Source: Eledone cirrhosa
Taxonomy: Eukaryota
Assembly: GCA_964016885.1 (NCBI GenBank)
Contig: OZ024742.1
Coordinates: 25,978,001 to 26,042,000, forward strand
Reading direction: 5' to 3'
DNA: 64,000 bases
A program made the position numbers and the translations under genes. Positions 27,390 to 43,099 of the stretch are shown here, one piece after another. The notes beneath the pieces are model-generated. The model was not told the DNA's origin. It ran no database searches and saw only the letters and a program-made list of their open reading frames with translations. The first letter of the stretch is position 1. Every line of letters starts with the position of its first letter.

Positions 27390-27950
27390 ACATGCTCCCT
27401 GGCATATAGTTACACCCATTTGCGTTCAGAGTTCGAATCCCGCCGAGGTTAGCTTTGCCTTTCATCCTTACGGGGTTCGATGAAATAAAGTATCAATAAC
27501 GTACGGGGTCGATTCGATAAATTGTTCTCCCCCACAAAAAGTTTTTGGGTTTTCTGCCCAAATCAGAAGCAATTAAATGGCGGTGGATTCACAGTATCGG
27601 TAGAGCGTCGGAGGCCATGCTTTACAGCATACAGTTACTGCAATTTAACGTTCTGAGTTCAAGTCCCACCGAGGTTAGCTTTGCCTTTCATCCTTACGTG
27701 GTCGATATAAGAAAGTACCAGTAACGCACTGGTGTTGATTTAGTCGACTTTCTCCTCCCCTTAAATTGCTCGCCTTGTATCGCTAGAGTGTCGGACGCCA
27801 TGCTTTCCAGCATAGTTACGTCCCTTTACGATCTGAGTTCAAATCCCGCCGAGGTTGACTTTGCGTTTCATCCTTACGGGGTTGATAAAATAAAGTACCA
27901 GTAATACACTGGGATAATTGCTGGCCTTGTGCCAAAAGTAGAAACAATTA
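27390..27950 (+). mobile_element. Three tandem Meta-like SINEs
   Basis: Three B boxes 'gagttc.aa.ccc.ccgaggtt' each followed by 'gcctttcatccttacg' or a close variant. Confidence 0.85.
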
Positions 27951-28329
27951 TTATTATTATGATTATTATTATTATTATTATTATTATTTAGTCTATCAAA
28001 ATAAATCCTGGTAGAGAATAATATCAATAGTTGTCTAATTAAGAACACAAATAAATCTTTAATGAGTAACTAGCAACATTAGGTAATGAACACAAGTAAC
28101 GGTAATTAGCTTGCGCAGGTATTTTATCAGATATTAAGTATTGGTGTTTGCTGTTGTTGTTGTTGTCGTCGTTTCTATTATATTGTTTTTGTTAGTTGTT
28201 ACCTATTCTTTCCTGTTAATGTATCATTAACATTTTATTGCTCACAGAAGGAATAAATTGGTGAATGGAGTCGAAAAAGTAGAGAATTATGTTGTAAGAA
28301 AAATTTTACATCAGCCACAGCACCAGCAG

Positions 28330-28332
28330 AAT

Positions 28333-28392
<60 letters not shown>

Positions 28393-28506
28393 GAGCAGCA
28401 GCAGCAGCAGCAGGAGTAGTAGTAGTAGTGGTGGCGATGGTGGTGATAATAATTGCAGTAGTAGTAGTAGTAGCATTAGTAGTAGTAGTAGTGGTGGAGT
28501 TAGTAC

Positions 28507-28566
<60 letters not shown>

Positions 28567-28640
28567 AGTTAGTAGTAGTAGTAGTAGTACTAGTAGTAGT
28601 AGTAGTAGTACTAGTAGTAGTAGTAGTATTGGTTGTAGTA
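28330..28640. repeat. (TAG)n microsatellite
   Basis: Visible repeat. Confidence 0.95.
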
Positions 28641-29104
28641 AGAAAAACAACAAAGTAATTGGTATAGATAAAATATATCTTCCATTAATTAGCCACAGTT
28701 TTCAATATGATCAAATGTAAATAACATTAGTAAAGAAATCTAGACATGAGAAGTAGGGGTACTACTGACGTAATGAATTATTTAAAGTACATTTCCTTAA
28801 ATTTGATATATACTGGAACATGACATATATTTACAACACGATTAAGGACAGAGAAGTTGCTGAGAAAAAGTGAAATGATAGAGGCAACAAACATAGAAAT
28901 CTAGATAACAACATGATTAATATCTTGGGAAAAAAGCAGAGAAACTAGATTAAAATAAGATAGATATGATAAGAGGTTAAAATATTTTAAACGTTAAGAT
29001 CCCAGACATTTCTATGGGAAGTTTGTTGATGCAGGAGTAATTGTATGAGTCGTAGGTCACAGATGTGCAATGTAATATTTGGCTTATTAAGCAATATTAT
29101 AAAG

Positions 29105-29290
29105 TGGATTGGCAGTATCGGTAGAGAGTCGGACACCATGCTTTGAAGCATAGAGTTACGTCCCTTTATGATCTGAGTTCAAATCCCGTCGAGGTTAACT
29201 TTGCCTTTCATCCTTACGGGGTCGTTAAAATAATGTACCAGTAATGTACTGAAATTGCTGGCCTTGTGCCTAAAAATAGAAACAATTATA
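29105..29290 (+). mobile_element. Meta-like SINE
   Basis: Full A box / B box / core / tail match to the other copies. Confidence 0.85.
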
Positions 29291-29494
29291 AAGTGATAAT
29301 AAAACACCTAATAGAAGAACCGCCCCACACAACCCTTCATGCAATTGTTTTAGCCATTAATTTCTTACACGCTAAAGGAGCCAGGGCGCGTCCGCGTCAT
29401 GACTCCTCGTTGCCCTATTAATGATATGTTTTAGCCAAGAGGGTATCGGAGACTTCTGTATTTAACGACGTAATATTTAACGTATTAAGCAATA

Positions 29495-29682
29495 ATTGTT
29501 TCTACTTTTGGCAGAAGGCCAGCAATTAACCAGTACATTACTGGTACTTTATTTTATCGACCCCGTAGGGTGAAAGGCAAAGTTAATTTCGGCGGAATTT
29601 GAACTCAGATCCTAAAGGGCCGTAACTCTATGCTGCAACGCCTGACGTCCGAATACCCACCGATAGTGCCAATCCACCGCTC
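29495..29682 (-). mobile_element. Meta-like SINE
   Basis: Reverse-complement copy of the same family. Confidence 0.85.
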
Positions 29683-30020
29683 TTGAACATTGAAATAATA
29701 ATAAAAATACCAATAATATGTAACTATACACGTGCCGTAGCTTAATTGTTATCGATTAATGTTTTGTCTCTCGTCTCTTCTTCCACTGTACAGCGTTTGG
29801 CTTATGTCAGACGCTGTTACTTCCGATAGAACATCAGTACCGTTCGTAGGGGTCGAAACTGCGAAAGTCCATCTCGAATGCTGACGAACATGAAGTCATG
29901 AAGTTCTGTGTCTTTCATTTGTATTTTTATTTTTTCGTTTTATTTTTCTTTTGATTCCATACATTGTCTTGTCCTCTCTTTGGTAATTTTTTAAAGTATA
30001 TATACATATATTCATACATT

Positions 30021-30078
<58 letters not shown>

Positions 30079-30942
30079 TGGATAGATCTGTCGAAAAGAC
30101 CGGAACCTTTTACATTCTCACATATATATATGTAAGAATGTAAAAGGTAAACAGAAATAACAATACAATCGGTACAGTATATGGAAGGTATATATTAGGT
30201 TAACGCTTGATATAGCAGGAAGAGGGTCTAGACCTTCATCATAAGAAAGAATGAGAAATAAGATAGATTAAAGGGATGGGATACATATATACATATATAT
30301 GTGTGAGTGTATGTGTGTGTTGCGAGAAGAAGAAGAAGAAGAAGAAGAAGAAGAAGAAGAAGAAGAAGAAGAAGAAGAAGAAGAAGATTATGATGATGAA
30401 CAATTATCGTGTTTAGGTCACTAGATAAAAAGAATCTACGTAATAAGCCAGCTAAAACCGAATGAGTTTCGTCACCTCCATACCAGTAATGTGACTTCGC
30501 TATTATTGTGCATCGGAGTATATGTTGCTTATGATTCTGATGATTAAGGCCAGACATCTTTATTAACTTTATGGTAGTGTGTATATTGTACAGGGATAGA
30601 TAGTTAGACTCTATTTTCTATTAGTTCACCTATATCGTTCGAGTAGAATAAACTCCGTGTATAAAAGAGTGGATGTGACAATTATATTTCTGTATATGGA
30701 CAAACAGAGACAGAGACAGAGACATATACACTCACAGATATGTTGATTGCTACTTCTAGTCAGAAGAGTGTTATCACTCGATTGAACACTGCACGATCAT
30801 GCGCAGGCAGATGACTTTTTCAGAAGAGCTTTTGTTTTGCAGGCATGCTCAAGGATGTGACACTTGAACTGTCAATATACTGGCATAACAGGCTGAGGTG
30901 TGATTTATTGCATTCTTCATTGCCTGGTCAGTCCACCAGTTG

Positions 30943-32212
<1,270 letters not shown>

Positions 32213-32254
32213 ATATATATATAGAGAGAGAGATAGATAATTTTCCTTTTTATT

Positions 32255-33907
32255 TGCCACCAGGGCATCAAAAAGTGGGACAACTCCAATGGGGTGAGTT
32301 TACATAACAAGGCGTCCTCAATAAGGAGGAGGCAATAACAAAATATAAAAATAAAATACAATATAACAAAATAAATTTTATAACAAAATCCTCAATAGGG
32401 AGGAGGCGCCTTTGGGGGTCGCACACACCCCCGAAAAAAAGTGTGTAACCCTTCTCCTCACGAGCACAGAGAGGGGGTGCTCCCTTGCTCTTTCATCTTC
32501 CTCACCAATAGTCTGATGTAGAGTGAAGGCCCATTCACACGTGCCATTCTCGCCACTTTGGCCCATCTTTCATATAAACGGCTGAGGTGCAGAACCTCTC
32601 TCTCCATCCTGATCCTTCTTCCGAAATGATATCGGAAGAAACGGACCAGTTGTTGGCCAGAGAGAAAGGTGTCTAACCTCAGTCCTTTCAGACGCGTCCA
32701 CCATAGAACCTCTTTCGCCATGGCTATTACGCACAGAAACACCGCCTCTCCTTCGTTTTTGAAGAGGGGAGGCAGCTTGATCGTTACAATGGTCTCGGTG
32801 GTCAACCGGTTCAGTCCCACCCTTGACAGCAGTTGTTCGACATAGCCCCACAGATCGGCAATGCCCGAGCAGTGTACCAATGCGTGTGCAACGGTTTCCT
32901 CGTCGCACACGCATCTGGGACAGATCTTTTTCGACGGGTCCCTACCCGGGCGCCTGTGTCTGTAAAGCTTTTCTCGAATGGGCAGAGCCCCTCGGTAGCA
33001 CTGCCAGGCCAGGGACCTCTGGATGTTATCCATGGGTCCCGGGCTGAATGTCCTACCGAACAGGTTGTTCAGTTCGTCTTCCTCCATGCCTAGCGCTTCT
33101 CCGAGGGCGTCGTCGCACCTGCTAACCACCAGCCCTCTATAGAATGACGAGGTGGATTCTCCACTGACAGCCGGGTCCGCCTGCCAGAGAGCCGTGAGCG
33201 CCTGGGCACACTCGGTGTGCCAGGCGCCCAGTTTTCACGCTCTTTGCTTGACCCAGGATTGCAGCTCGGTGAGTGAGACGAGTCTGGGAAAGGCTCGCCT
33301 CACAAACGGGGCCCACACCGGTTGACCGGTGAGGAATACCTGGAGGTGTCGTAGCCTTAATGCGTGTTTACGTATTATTAGCCACGGCATCCCCAGCCCT
33401 CCTTTCGAAGGGTGTTGACAGCAGATGGATCTCCTCACCATAGGGGCCCGCTTCTTCAAAAGGAATTGGAAGAGTGCACGCTCCATTTTGGCGAGCGTTT
33501 CCCTTGGGCAAGTCACAACGGTCAGGCAGCAGTAGATGACGGACGCTATCTAAATGTTCGCCACCTCCGCCCGACATTTCATGGACAGTTTTTGCACTCG
33601 GCCCACTTCTGTGTCAGTGCAAACACTCTGTTCGTTACCTCACCCCAGTTCTTCTCCATCTGGAGGTCTGGTCCGAACCAGACCCCGAGCAACTTCACCG
33701 GGCCCCCCGTCCAGCGCCCGACGACGCCATCGGAGGGCATCGATCTGCCCCTCCACGTGCCGAGTTGCAGACCGATCGACTTGTCCCGGTTCAGCTTAGC
33801 CCCTGTAAACTTTTCGTACTCCTCCAGTAAGGTGCCGATCGCCCCGAATTCCGAGGCCGTCGACACCATTACTGTTACGTCATCGGCGTAGGCCGACACC
33901 TTCACCT
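32255..33907 (-). mobile_element. Tx1/L1-like LINE 3' portion (RT C-terminus + Cys/His finger), disrupted
   Basis: SAYADDVT, GAKLNRDKS, KLLGVWFG, KGGLGMP, CPRC...ETVAHALVHC. Confidence 0.88.
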
Positions 33908-35246
33908 ATATAGAGAGAGATAGATAGATAGATAGATAGATATATCTAGGCGTTTTTAATGGAGAATTCCATTATTACTTTTGGGTTCTCTTCTGCTGAA
34001 ACTTTTTTAGGCACATGGATATCAGAGACTTCGTGTGTATCACAACCGTTTGGATATTTTGTTCACAATATCTCACTCGAACAAATAAGTTATGTAAGAA
34101 TTTTGTGTTGATCTCGAATGACTAAGATGAAAATCCTATAATGCCGTCTTCTTCTTACCTTGTGAAGAATATATTGTATTCCCAATCCAACGCTGCAAGA
34201 TCTTGGTGTGTAACCGGGTTACAGATGTGTGACATAATATTTGACATTTTAAGAAATATAACAAATAGACTGTAAGAATTTTGTGTAATATCAAATGACT
34301 AAAATCAAGATTGGATAATATAGTTTTAAATATATAAGAAATGAGAAAACTCATCGCTAGAACAGCCGTTAAACAGCTAAATGCTTTCAAGGACAGCGTT
34401 GGGCAAAAATAATTCTGAGGACAGAGACCACCGGTCAGTGCTCAACAGAGAAACAATCCACAAGGTGGGTGAGAGGCATATGAAATATAATTCATTTCAA
34501 CATAAAATCACATATCAAGCAAGGTATTTGCCAAAAATTGTCCAACCCCGATATTTTACGATTTCAGTAGGAAATAAGGACCGATGCTATAGTAACTAGA
34601 ACAACACAGCAATCTTCTAAATGAGAATTATAAAATATACCTTATGCAGAGAATACCAAAAGTAGTTAACATATTTCCTAATCTGTCTAGTTTTCCCGAA
34701 GACAGGATATCAACACATGCATAAGAAGTGCGTAGTTAACATTGGCTGATTAATATGTAGCTCCTGAGAGGAAGGAGGTGTAGACCTGATAGAGACGTAA
34801 ATTCATCGCCGTTATACAGAGTGTTTCGTAGATATTTAATCCTGGTGGAGCTCATATATCTTCAATATTGACAGTAGGTGATTTATGCCAGAGAAATAGC
34901 GTGAGAAATAGTGTGTGAGAAAAAGAAGGCAAAGAGATATAAAGAGAGAGAGAGGGGAAGAGAGTTAGTGAGGAAACGATTTTGTGGAAGAAGAGAATCC
35001 AATACAGGATTGGTATTTTATTTATGGATCGCGAAATGATAAAGGTCAAGTGTGACCTCGGCGGATGTGAACCCCATGAATAGAGAATCTTAACGAATAA
35101 CGCAAAACATTCTATCCGACGCATTACTCAACAGAGTACTTCATATTTGGTGAAGTAGGGTATGGTTATATTATAAAAATTCGGAACCCGACGCTCCAGA
35201 GTAGCTGTTGAAACGGCACGAGCTCAGCCATGCGGTCCCGACTCTT

Positions 35247-35329
<83 letters not shown>

Positions 35330-35488
35330 AAAGTTAAACAGAAATAACAACACAATCGGTACAGTATATGGGAGGGTTATATTAGGTTAACTCTTGATAT
35401 AGCAGTTCCTATTACCCACTCTACTACCCTAAGTATTGAGTACTTTGGTGCGTTATGGTCCATCTGGTTCCTTACCACATTTCCTTCG

Positions 35489-35524
<36 letters not shown>

Positions 35525-35589
35525 TAAGGGAGTGTTGAAGTTTGCTTGAAGCATTGTGGAATAAAAGATATAGTCGATTTGGAAGACTA

Positions 35590-35658
35590 AATAATGTAGA
35601 TGGGTAAATCTCCGGGTAACAGAATCTGTTACCCGGAGATTTACCCATCTGCATTATT
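35590..35658. repeat. Near-perfect 69-bp hairpin palindrome
   Basis: aataatgtagatgggtaaatctccgggtaacaga-a-tctgttacccggagatttacccatctgcattatt. Confidence 0.95.
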
Positions 35659-37033
35659 GAGGCTTCCAAAATAACTATTTATATTATATATTATATTTAC
35701 TATTCTCCATTTCCACCTCAGGATAAGAATACATATGTAATTATACCCGTGAATATAGTTGCTAGTTGAAAATATTGTGTGTGCGTAAGGAAGTCTATGT
35801 GTGTATGTGAGAGAGAAAGAGGAAGAGATTATGTTTTTGTGTGGAGACTCTCTATATGTGAGACAGTCTATATCTGTGTGTGATATATTGTGGGTTTATT
35901 TGTGAGATAGACACTGTCAGTGTGTGATAGATCGTGCGTTTTTGTGTGGGACGGGCCATGCCAATGTGAGATAGATAGTGGGTTTGTGTGTGTCTGTGTG
36001 TTAGTATGTACAGGCTGTTTGAGTCATTACTGCTCGAATTAGGTCCGTGGATCGGGCGTAGGTAGTTCTTCGTTGGGGGGAAGTAATATGGACGGACATC
36101 ATATAGCCAGGGTTAAATAGTATCCCAGCAGGCCGACGATATTATACAGGCTTACACTAACATTCTCTAGATAACAAATCTGAAGATGAATTCTGCATTA
36201 ATACTAAAAATATGTATGGGATTAAACAAATGTGTCAAAACTTTTCTACGAAGAGCAAAGTTGATAAAAAAAATATCAAATTAGATTTTGGCACTGATAT
36301 AAATTATCAATACATATAATCTCCGAAATGCCAAGAAGATCAAAGGAAACACACCAGATACGATAATTGAAGACAAAGAAAAAAAATGAGTGCACTCTGA
36401 TAGACATCTTTATCTTTCCTGATTCAAATATCGCCTCAAAGTAAATAGAAAAATCTATGAAAATACAAAGATCTGAATGTGAAAATGAGCAAGATATGAG
36501 ATATATGGGTAAAACAGTACCAATAATAAATAGTACACTAGGTCAGATATTATGATTATGAATAATAAGAACAAAAACATGAATTGTATATACTGGGCCC
36601 AAACTTGGCATAAAATATTTTAGAAAGAATAGCTTTACTAAATGGAGCTAGAGACATTGGAATTTCCCTATCTCCCACAGCCCATCTAATATTATAACAT
36701 AACGCATGCTGCGCATACTACAAACAATTCTATCCCAAATAATATATAAAAAATGACATGTGTTCTAAACATTCATTTCCTTACATTGTAACACTAACTA
36801 AATCTATTGCTATTACCTAACATAATTACACACATCTTAGGAGATGTAGCGGCTCTCCATCTGCGAGGTCCGCACACTATTGTGTAACTTCGCTCCAAAG
36901 CCACTTCGATGAATGAAATTTCGGCTACTTATGAACTTGTGAGACCTATTCATGGCAATCTTGGCATTAATATGTAATATGTACGCAAGGCAATGGTATT
37001 TAATGTGTCACATTCTAAGACAGCATGTTGGTG

Positions 37034-37114
37034 ATTTGAGTTAAATATGGTTAGTACTTTTAGCTGGTCGACCAACGACCAGCTAAAAGTACTAACCGTA
37101 TTTAACTCAAATCT
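37034..37114. repeat. About 80-bp hairpin palindrome
   Basis: gatttgagttaaatatggttagtacttttagctggtcg / cgaccagctaaaagtactaaccgtatttaactcaaatc. Confidence 0.9.
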
Positions 37115-37288
37115 CCCGAAATTTACATAAGAGAAGCAACATTTTTAGTATAATGAATAATTGTTTCTACGTTTGGCAGAAGGCCAGCAATTAACCAGTA
37201 CATTACTGGTACTTTATTTTATCGACCCCTTAAGGATGAAAGACAAAGTTAGAAAATAGGCCGTGAGGGTGGAATATCTCTCTCTCTC

Positions 37289-37373
<85 letters not shown>

Positions 37374-37708
37374 TAGAAAAGGGAAGTAAGGTTCTATACA
37401 AAACAGTGGATATAAAGAAAAGGTGAAGTAGGAAATAGCCACTTTTGAGCAAGAAAGATGTAAAAGAACGTACTCCAACACTTAATTGTAATTTTAAATC
37501 TTTAATTTTTAGTTTTTAATTTCTATTAAATCTTTTTAATTGCAATAGTCAACATTTGATAAGATGAATTTTAATAACACATTGAAATCGATAATACTTT
37601 GTATACTTTATGTCATCTCTTCAATAATGTCACTTTGACGAATCGAAGAAAGGAAAAAAAAAAGAAAAAATGACCCTAAATTATATTAGCCGTGCTATTT
37701 CCAGCTTC

Positions 37709-37778
<70 letters not shown>

Positions 37779-37805
37779 CTCTCTGTATATATATATATAT
37801 ATGGT

Positions 37806-38319
37806 ATTGGTGCTCTGAAATAGCGATGTATACATGAATGTATATATAGTATATTTGGCAATATACCGTATGTTTAATTAAAAACATTTAGAAGACCATA
37901 CGCTATCAGTTTTAAAGTAGTGACTATGTCTCTTACTTCTTTTCGGCGAAATAATGGAGAACAGTTTCTTAGGCTGTTTCTCGCTGGTTGGTGATCATCA
38001 GAGCCACGCACCTCCTGCTTCCGCCGAAAATTAAAGAAGTTGGATTCTTATAGAATTCCAGTAATAATCTGGAGCTGATTATACAGAGGATTGCCGGTCA
38101 GCAAAAATTAGATATTAGGATTGGTGTTCTGAAACAGTGATATATACATGGATGTATGTATAACAAGTAAGAGACATAGTCAGTACTTTAAAACTGATAG
38201 CGTATGGTCTTCTAAATGTTTTTAATTAAACATACGGTATATTGCCAAATATACATACATTCATATATACATCGCTATTTCAGAGCACCAATCATAATAC
38301 CTAATTTTTGCTGGACCGG
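37806..38319. repeat. Overlapping inverted repeats
   Basis: 37806-37938 pairs with 38165-38292; 38094-38160 pairs with about 38250-38319. Confidence 0.85.
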
Positions 38320-39060
38320 TGGTGATGACGCTGGTGGTGGTGGTGGTGATGGTGGTGGTGATGACGCTGGTGGTGGTGGTGGTGATGGTGAGGGTGGTGG
38401 TGTTGATGGTGGTGGTGATGACGCTGGTGGTGGTGGTGATGCTGGTGGTGGTGGTAGTGATGGTGGTGATGGTGGTGTTGATGTTGGTGGTGATGACGCT
38501 GGTGGTGGTGATGGTAGTGGTGGTGGTGGTGTTGATGGTGGCGGGGAGGACGCTGGTGGTGGTCGCGGTGCTGGTGTTGGTAGTGGTGATGGCGCTGGTG
38601 GTAGTGGCGGTGGATGGTGTTGATGAGGAGGAAGATGAGGAATGTAATGCCAATAATACTGATTATAATGTTGATGAAGATGATGACGATGATGGTGGTG
38701 GAGATAATGATGATGATGATGATGAGGACGAGGAGAAGGAGTAGAAGAGGAGAGTTGTAACAATAATCCTGATTATAATGATGACGATGTTGGTGATGTT
38801 GGTGGTGGGGATAATGACAAAAATACTTGATGATGGTGATGGTGGTGGGTTTGATGATGGCGTCACTAACGACAGTCATGGTGTTGTTGGTAGCGGTGAT
38901 AACGACATAAAAAATGGCGATGGTGTTGATGCTATTGATGATAACGACAGAACATTTGGCGATGGTGTTGTTGGTAGTGATGAAGACGACAGAACATTTG
39001 GCCATGGTGTTGTTGGTAGTGTTGACGGCACTAAAGATGGCGACAGTGCTGATAAGGATA
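38320..39060. repeat. (GGT)n/(GAT)n low-complexity tract
   Basis: Visible trinucleotide repeats. Confidence 0.9.
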
Positions 39061-39392
39061 TCATTGATATCAGAAATCGTAATCAAACATGTATTATAAG
39101 ATTTCCTAATCTTAATATCTATTTACCATCGTAGCCTCTAGATATGACTGATAGGTTTCTCAAACTGGACGATGACATGGAATGTCGATGAAATGGATGA
39201 CGACGACGACACGTCAATGCCAAAGATGATGATGCTGATTAGGAAGAGAACGGCGATAGTGACAAAGATTTCGTGATATTTCGACTAGATAAGGAATTAT
39301 ATTTGACTTTCAGAGTTTGCCGTTATTTTGGTGCGATAGCTTAAATATTAAGTTGGAATGGCACATTAACACACACATTGTTTTCAACGTGG

Positions 39393-39458
<66 letters not shown>

Positions 39459-39464
<6 letters not shown>

Positions 39465-40263
39465 CTCTCTCTGCTCAATAGCCTTCGTTCGTGCTGGCAC
39501 TATTCTCTAAGCGCTCATATATTCACCTAGCTTACGCTAACAGAATATTTTTTGAAGCTTGTTTCTCTCCCACGGTATGCTATATTTTCTGTTGTTCTCC
39601 TGTCTCACTCGCTTTACGCGTTTTAATTGTCCTAATAACTTATTTTGGTTATTATTGCACCGAAGTGAGATATATGATTTTTAATGCAATGAAATATCTA
39701 TGATCTTCGGCAAATCACTGATGAGGGACGTATTTTATTACATGTTACCATGTGCTACCTGCAGTATTTTTCTCTATATTTAATACATATATTTACCACT
39801 GCGATTCTGTGTTTTTTTCTCTCTCTCTTACTGTTCCCCCATTCTCTCTGTTTCTCCCCCTCTGTCTTGTCCGTTAACTCTTCCTCACACTTTCACTCAC
39901 TCACTGTTTTTCTCCCTCTTCTCTTCATTTCATCCTGCACTCACGGACGCTATTTTTTCTCTCTCTGCTCAATGGCCTTCGTTCGTGCTGGCACTATTCT
40001 CTAAGCGCTCATATATTCACCTAGCTTACGCTAACAGAATAATTTTTGAAGCTTGTTTCTCTCCCACGGTATGCTATATTTTCTGTTGTTCTCCTGTCTC
40101 ACTCGCTTTACGCGTTTTAATTGTCCTAATAACTTATTTTGGTTATAATTGCACCGAAGTGAGATATATGATTTTTAATGCAATGAAATATCTATGATCT
40201 TCGGCAAATCACTGATGAGGGACGTATTTTATTACATGTTACCATGTGCTACCTGCAGTATTT

Positions 40264-40268
<5 letters not shown>
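39459..40268 (+). repeat. 494-bp tandem direct repeat (about 1.6 units) between (TA)n tracts
   Basis: 39459-39775 is nearly identical to 39953-40268. Confidence 0.92.
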
Positions 40269-40336
<68 letters not shown>

Positions 40337-40339
<3 letters not shown>

Positions 40340-40620
40340 TCTTCTTCTTCTATGCCCACTTATTTTTGAGAGGGTCGTGGGGGTAGAGATCACAAGCAGT
40401 CCCTCCACCGGGTCCTGTCAAATGCAATCGTCTCCAGCTAATCTGGCGGGATACCCAAGCATGACCAGCCAGGTTCATAGATGTTTTGCAACCATCTTGC
40501 TCGGGATCTACCCCCTGGGTCACCTGCCGGTTGGTTTTCCTGTAATATCTCTCCAGCGATTCTTTCCTGTGATATTCTAATCACATGACAATAGTATCGG
40601 AGCTGTGATCTCTCAATTCG

Positions 40621-40622
<2 letters not shown>
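40337..40622 (-). mobile_element. RTE LINE extreme 3' fragment
   Basis: [14 protein letters not shown]...GRSRARW; (AGA)n tail; (TA)n on both sides. Confidence 0.75.
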
Positions 40623-40674
<52 letters not shown>

Positions 40675-40687
40675 ATATATATGTATA

Positions 40688-40862
<175 letters not shown>

Positions 40863-41996
40863 TAGAAAGTGTCAAGACCAGGAAGCTGAGCATTTGGCGT
40901 TTCAACAGCTAATTCCAGACGGAAATTAGCTGTCAAAACGGTAAGAACTCAGCCGTCGGCCCTCAATGTCTCTCATATAATTACACTATACTATACCAAA
41001 TATCAAGTATTCTACTGTAATGTTTTGCAGCTATCTTCGCAAACCAAAGGAGAAATCACGAGCCCAGTTAGATATAGCGGCCAGATTTCGCTCAAATTAC
41101 ACTTTACAATCCTTATCAAATGAAAGCCACTATGGTTCAAATGCCTCTGTTGCTAGCTATCCTAGAGCATAGCTGACCTGGGGCTAAACAAAAACAACAA
41201 CAACAACAACATAAAATCGACAACAACACACTATCTTTAACATGTTAAATGAAATTAAAAATGAACAGCAAATTCACGTTTAATTAATGGTTCCCACTCT
41301 GAAACATGTTTGAGGATTGGTGTGTATTGAGGGTGGGGTTGACGAGTGATGGTATGTAAGAGAAATGGTTTGTATTAGGTGTGGGGTGTAACATTTGCGG
41401 TGTGAATTAAAAAAAAAGTGGAAATAGAGTAAAAACTAAATTAAAGCACGCGTTAGCACATTTTACTGAATGAAAAAATAAAAGACATTTAAAATGATTA
41501 AATATTGTAGGTTTTTTTTCCTTGGCAGTGTGTATGTTCTCACTTTGAATTGCATCGTTAATATTTGCAGTAATTAGTTGAAATAGGTTCCATCTTAAGA
41601 AGAAATGCAAGAAATATAGAATATAACTAAATGTAGGGAAGGGTTTCAAATAACACAACGAAGCGTCGTGAGAATTATAGAACAAATTGGTCAGAAATTG
41701 TTTTAGCGCATTTCCCTTCGCATGTTTTGCAATTCTTTTCCAGTTTTTTGGTTTTTAGATTTTTGTTCCTGTTAATTAAGCATTCGTCTCCTTCTTCTTC
41801 CCGATTTCAAATATCCCTTAAGTTAATTTAAAACAAAAATAAGAAGAATTGGCGTATTGTGATCGATATTACTGACCAATGACACACACACACATCACTG
41901 TTCATATGCTATAAATAATAATATTTAAAATTAACGTTATTATTTTCAGTTTTTCCACAGTTTTATGTAAGTTTTCATTGCAGCACAACGTCCAGC

Positions 41997-42101
41997 TTTA
42001 GGGTTCTGTGAGTATTATCGTCATTAGAGTTATATGTGTAATATCGTCTTTAGGGTTCCATGTGTAATATCGTCTTTAGGTTTCTGCGAGTAATATCGTC
42101 T
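41997..42101. repeat. 26-bp minisatellite (about 4 units)
   Basis: tttagggttc..tg.gtaatatcgtc repeated. Confidence 0.8.
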
Positions 42102-42361
42102 TTTCAGGACATAATATTATGCCTGTATATTACATCAATTCATTTTTTTAATATGTCTTGTTTTGTTTTTTCATGTGTCGTTTTAGGGATTCAGCTTTTA
42201 TGAAGAATATCTGCCGTATGAGTTATGTTTTTTTTTATCTTGTTGTATGGTGCCTGTCATCTGCAAGTCTTGCGTCATTCTTAATTGAATTCCACTTTCT
42301 TTTATTGTAGTAAACCTCTCTATGTTGCTTTTGTCCTTCATTTATCCCTATGCATCATCAT

Positions 42362-42392
<31 letters not shown>

Positions 42393-42942
42393 AGCAGCAG
42401 TATCATTATCATCATCATCAACATCATCATCATCATCATCATAAGTTGGATAGCCAGTATCGGTAAAGAGGCGGAAGCATGATTTACAGCGTATGATTTC
42501 AGCCATTTGCGTTCAGAGTGCAAATCCCGCCATGGTGAACTTTGCCTTTCGTCCTTGCAGAGAATAAAGTATTCAAGAGAATAAAGTACAAGCAATGCAC
42601 TGGGGCAGGTTTAATAGTGTTTACCTATCCCCCGAATTATTCATATTGTGTTAAAGCAGAAGCAATTATTTCTATTACTTTATTATCATACATTGCTAGA
42701 TATATAAGTAGATATCCTAATAGAAAGGTTTGACATGTTTGTAGATAGATAAAAAGATGAATACATACATTCACGGAGTAAGAGAGAACGAAAGAGAGAA
42801 CTTTGTGTCTATCTGAATGTATTATGCACTCATATAATAGATGTTATGAACATATATATACACAAAGAATTTCTGAAATCAATATATAGCTCGAGAGATA
42901 CTGATACATATATAAACGCGATCGTATCAAACAGGAATAAGA

Positions 42943-43034
<92 letters not shown>

Positions 43035-43099
43035 AAAAAAGGTGGAATCGAAAATGCAACTGGGGTCTTTTTAAAAGAATATATATATTTATTTGGTTC

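Noticed and set aside
27578-27680. tRNA-like A/B boxes
   Set aside because: SINE heads followed by the shared SINE body; no complete cloverleaf
38216-39134. Gly-rich and Pro-rich (extensin-like) ORFs
   Set aside because: (GGT)n/(GAT)n repeats open in most frames
41983-42012. Apparent micro-exon (cag|...|gtgagt)
   Set aside because: The donor is part of a 26-bp minisatellite unit
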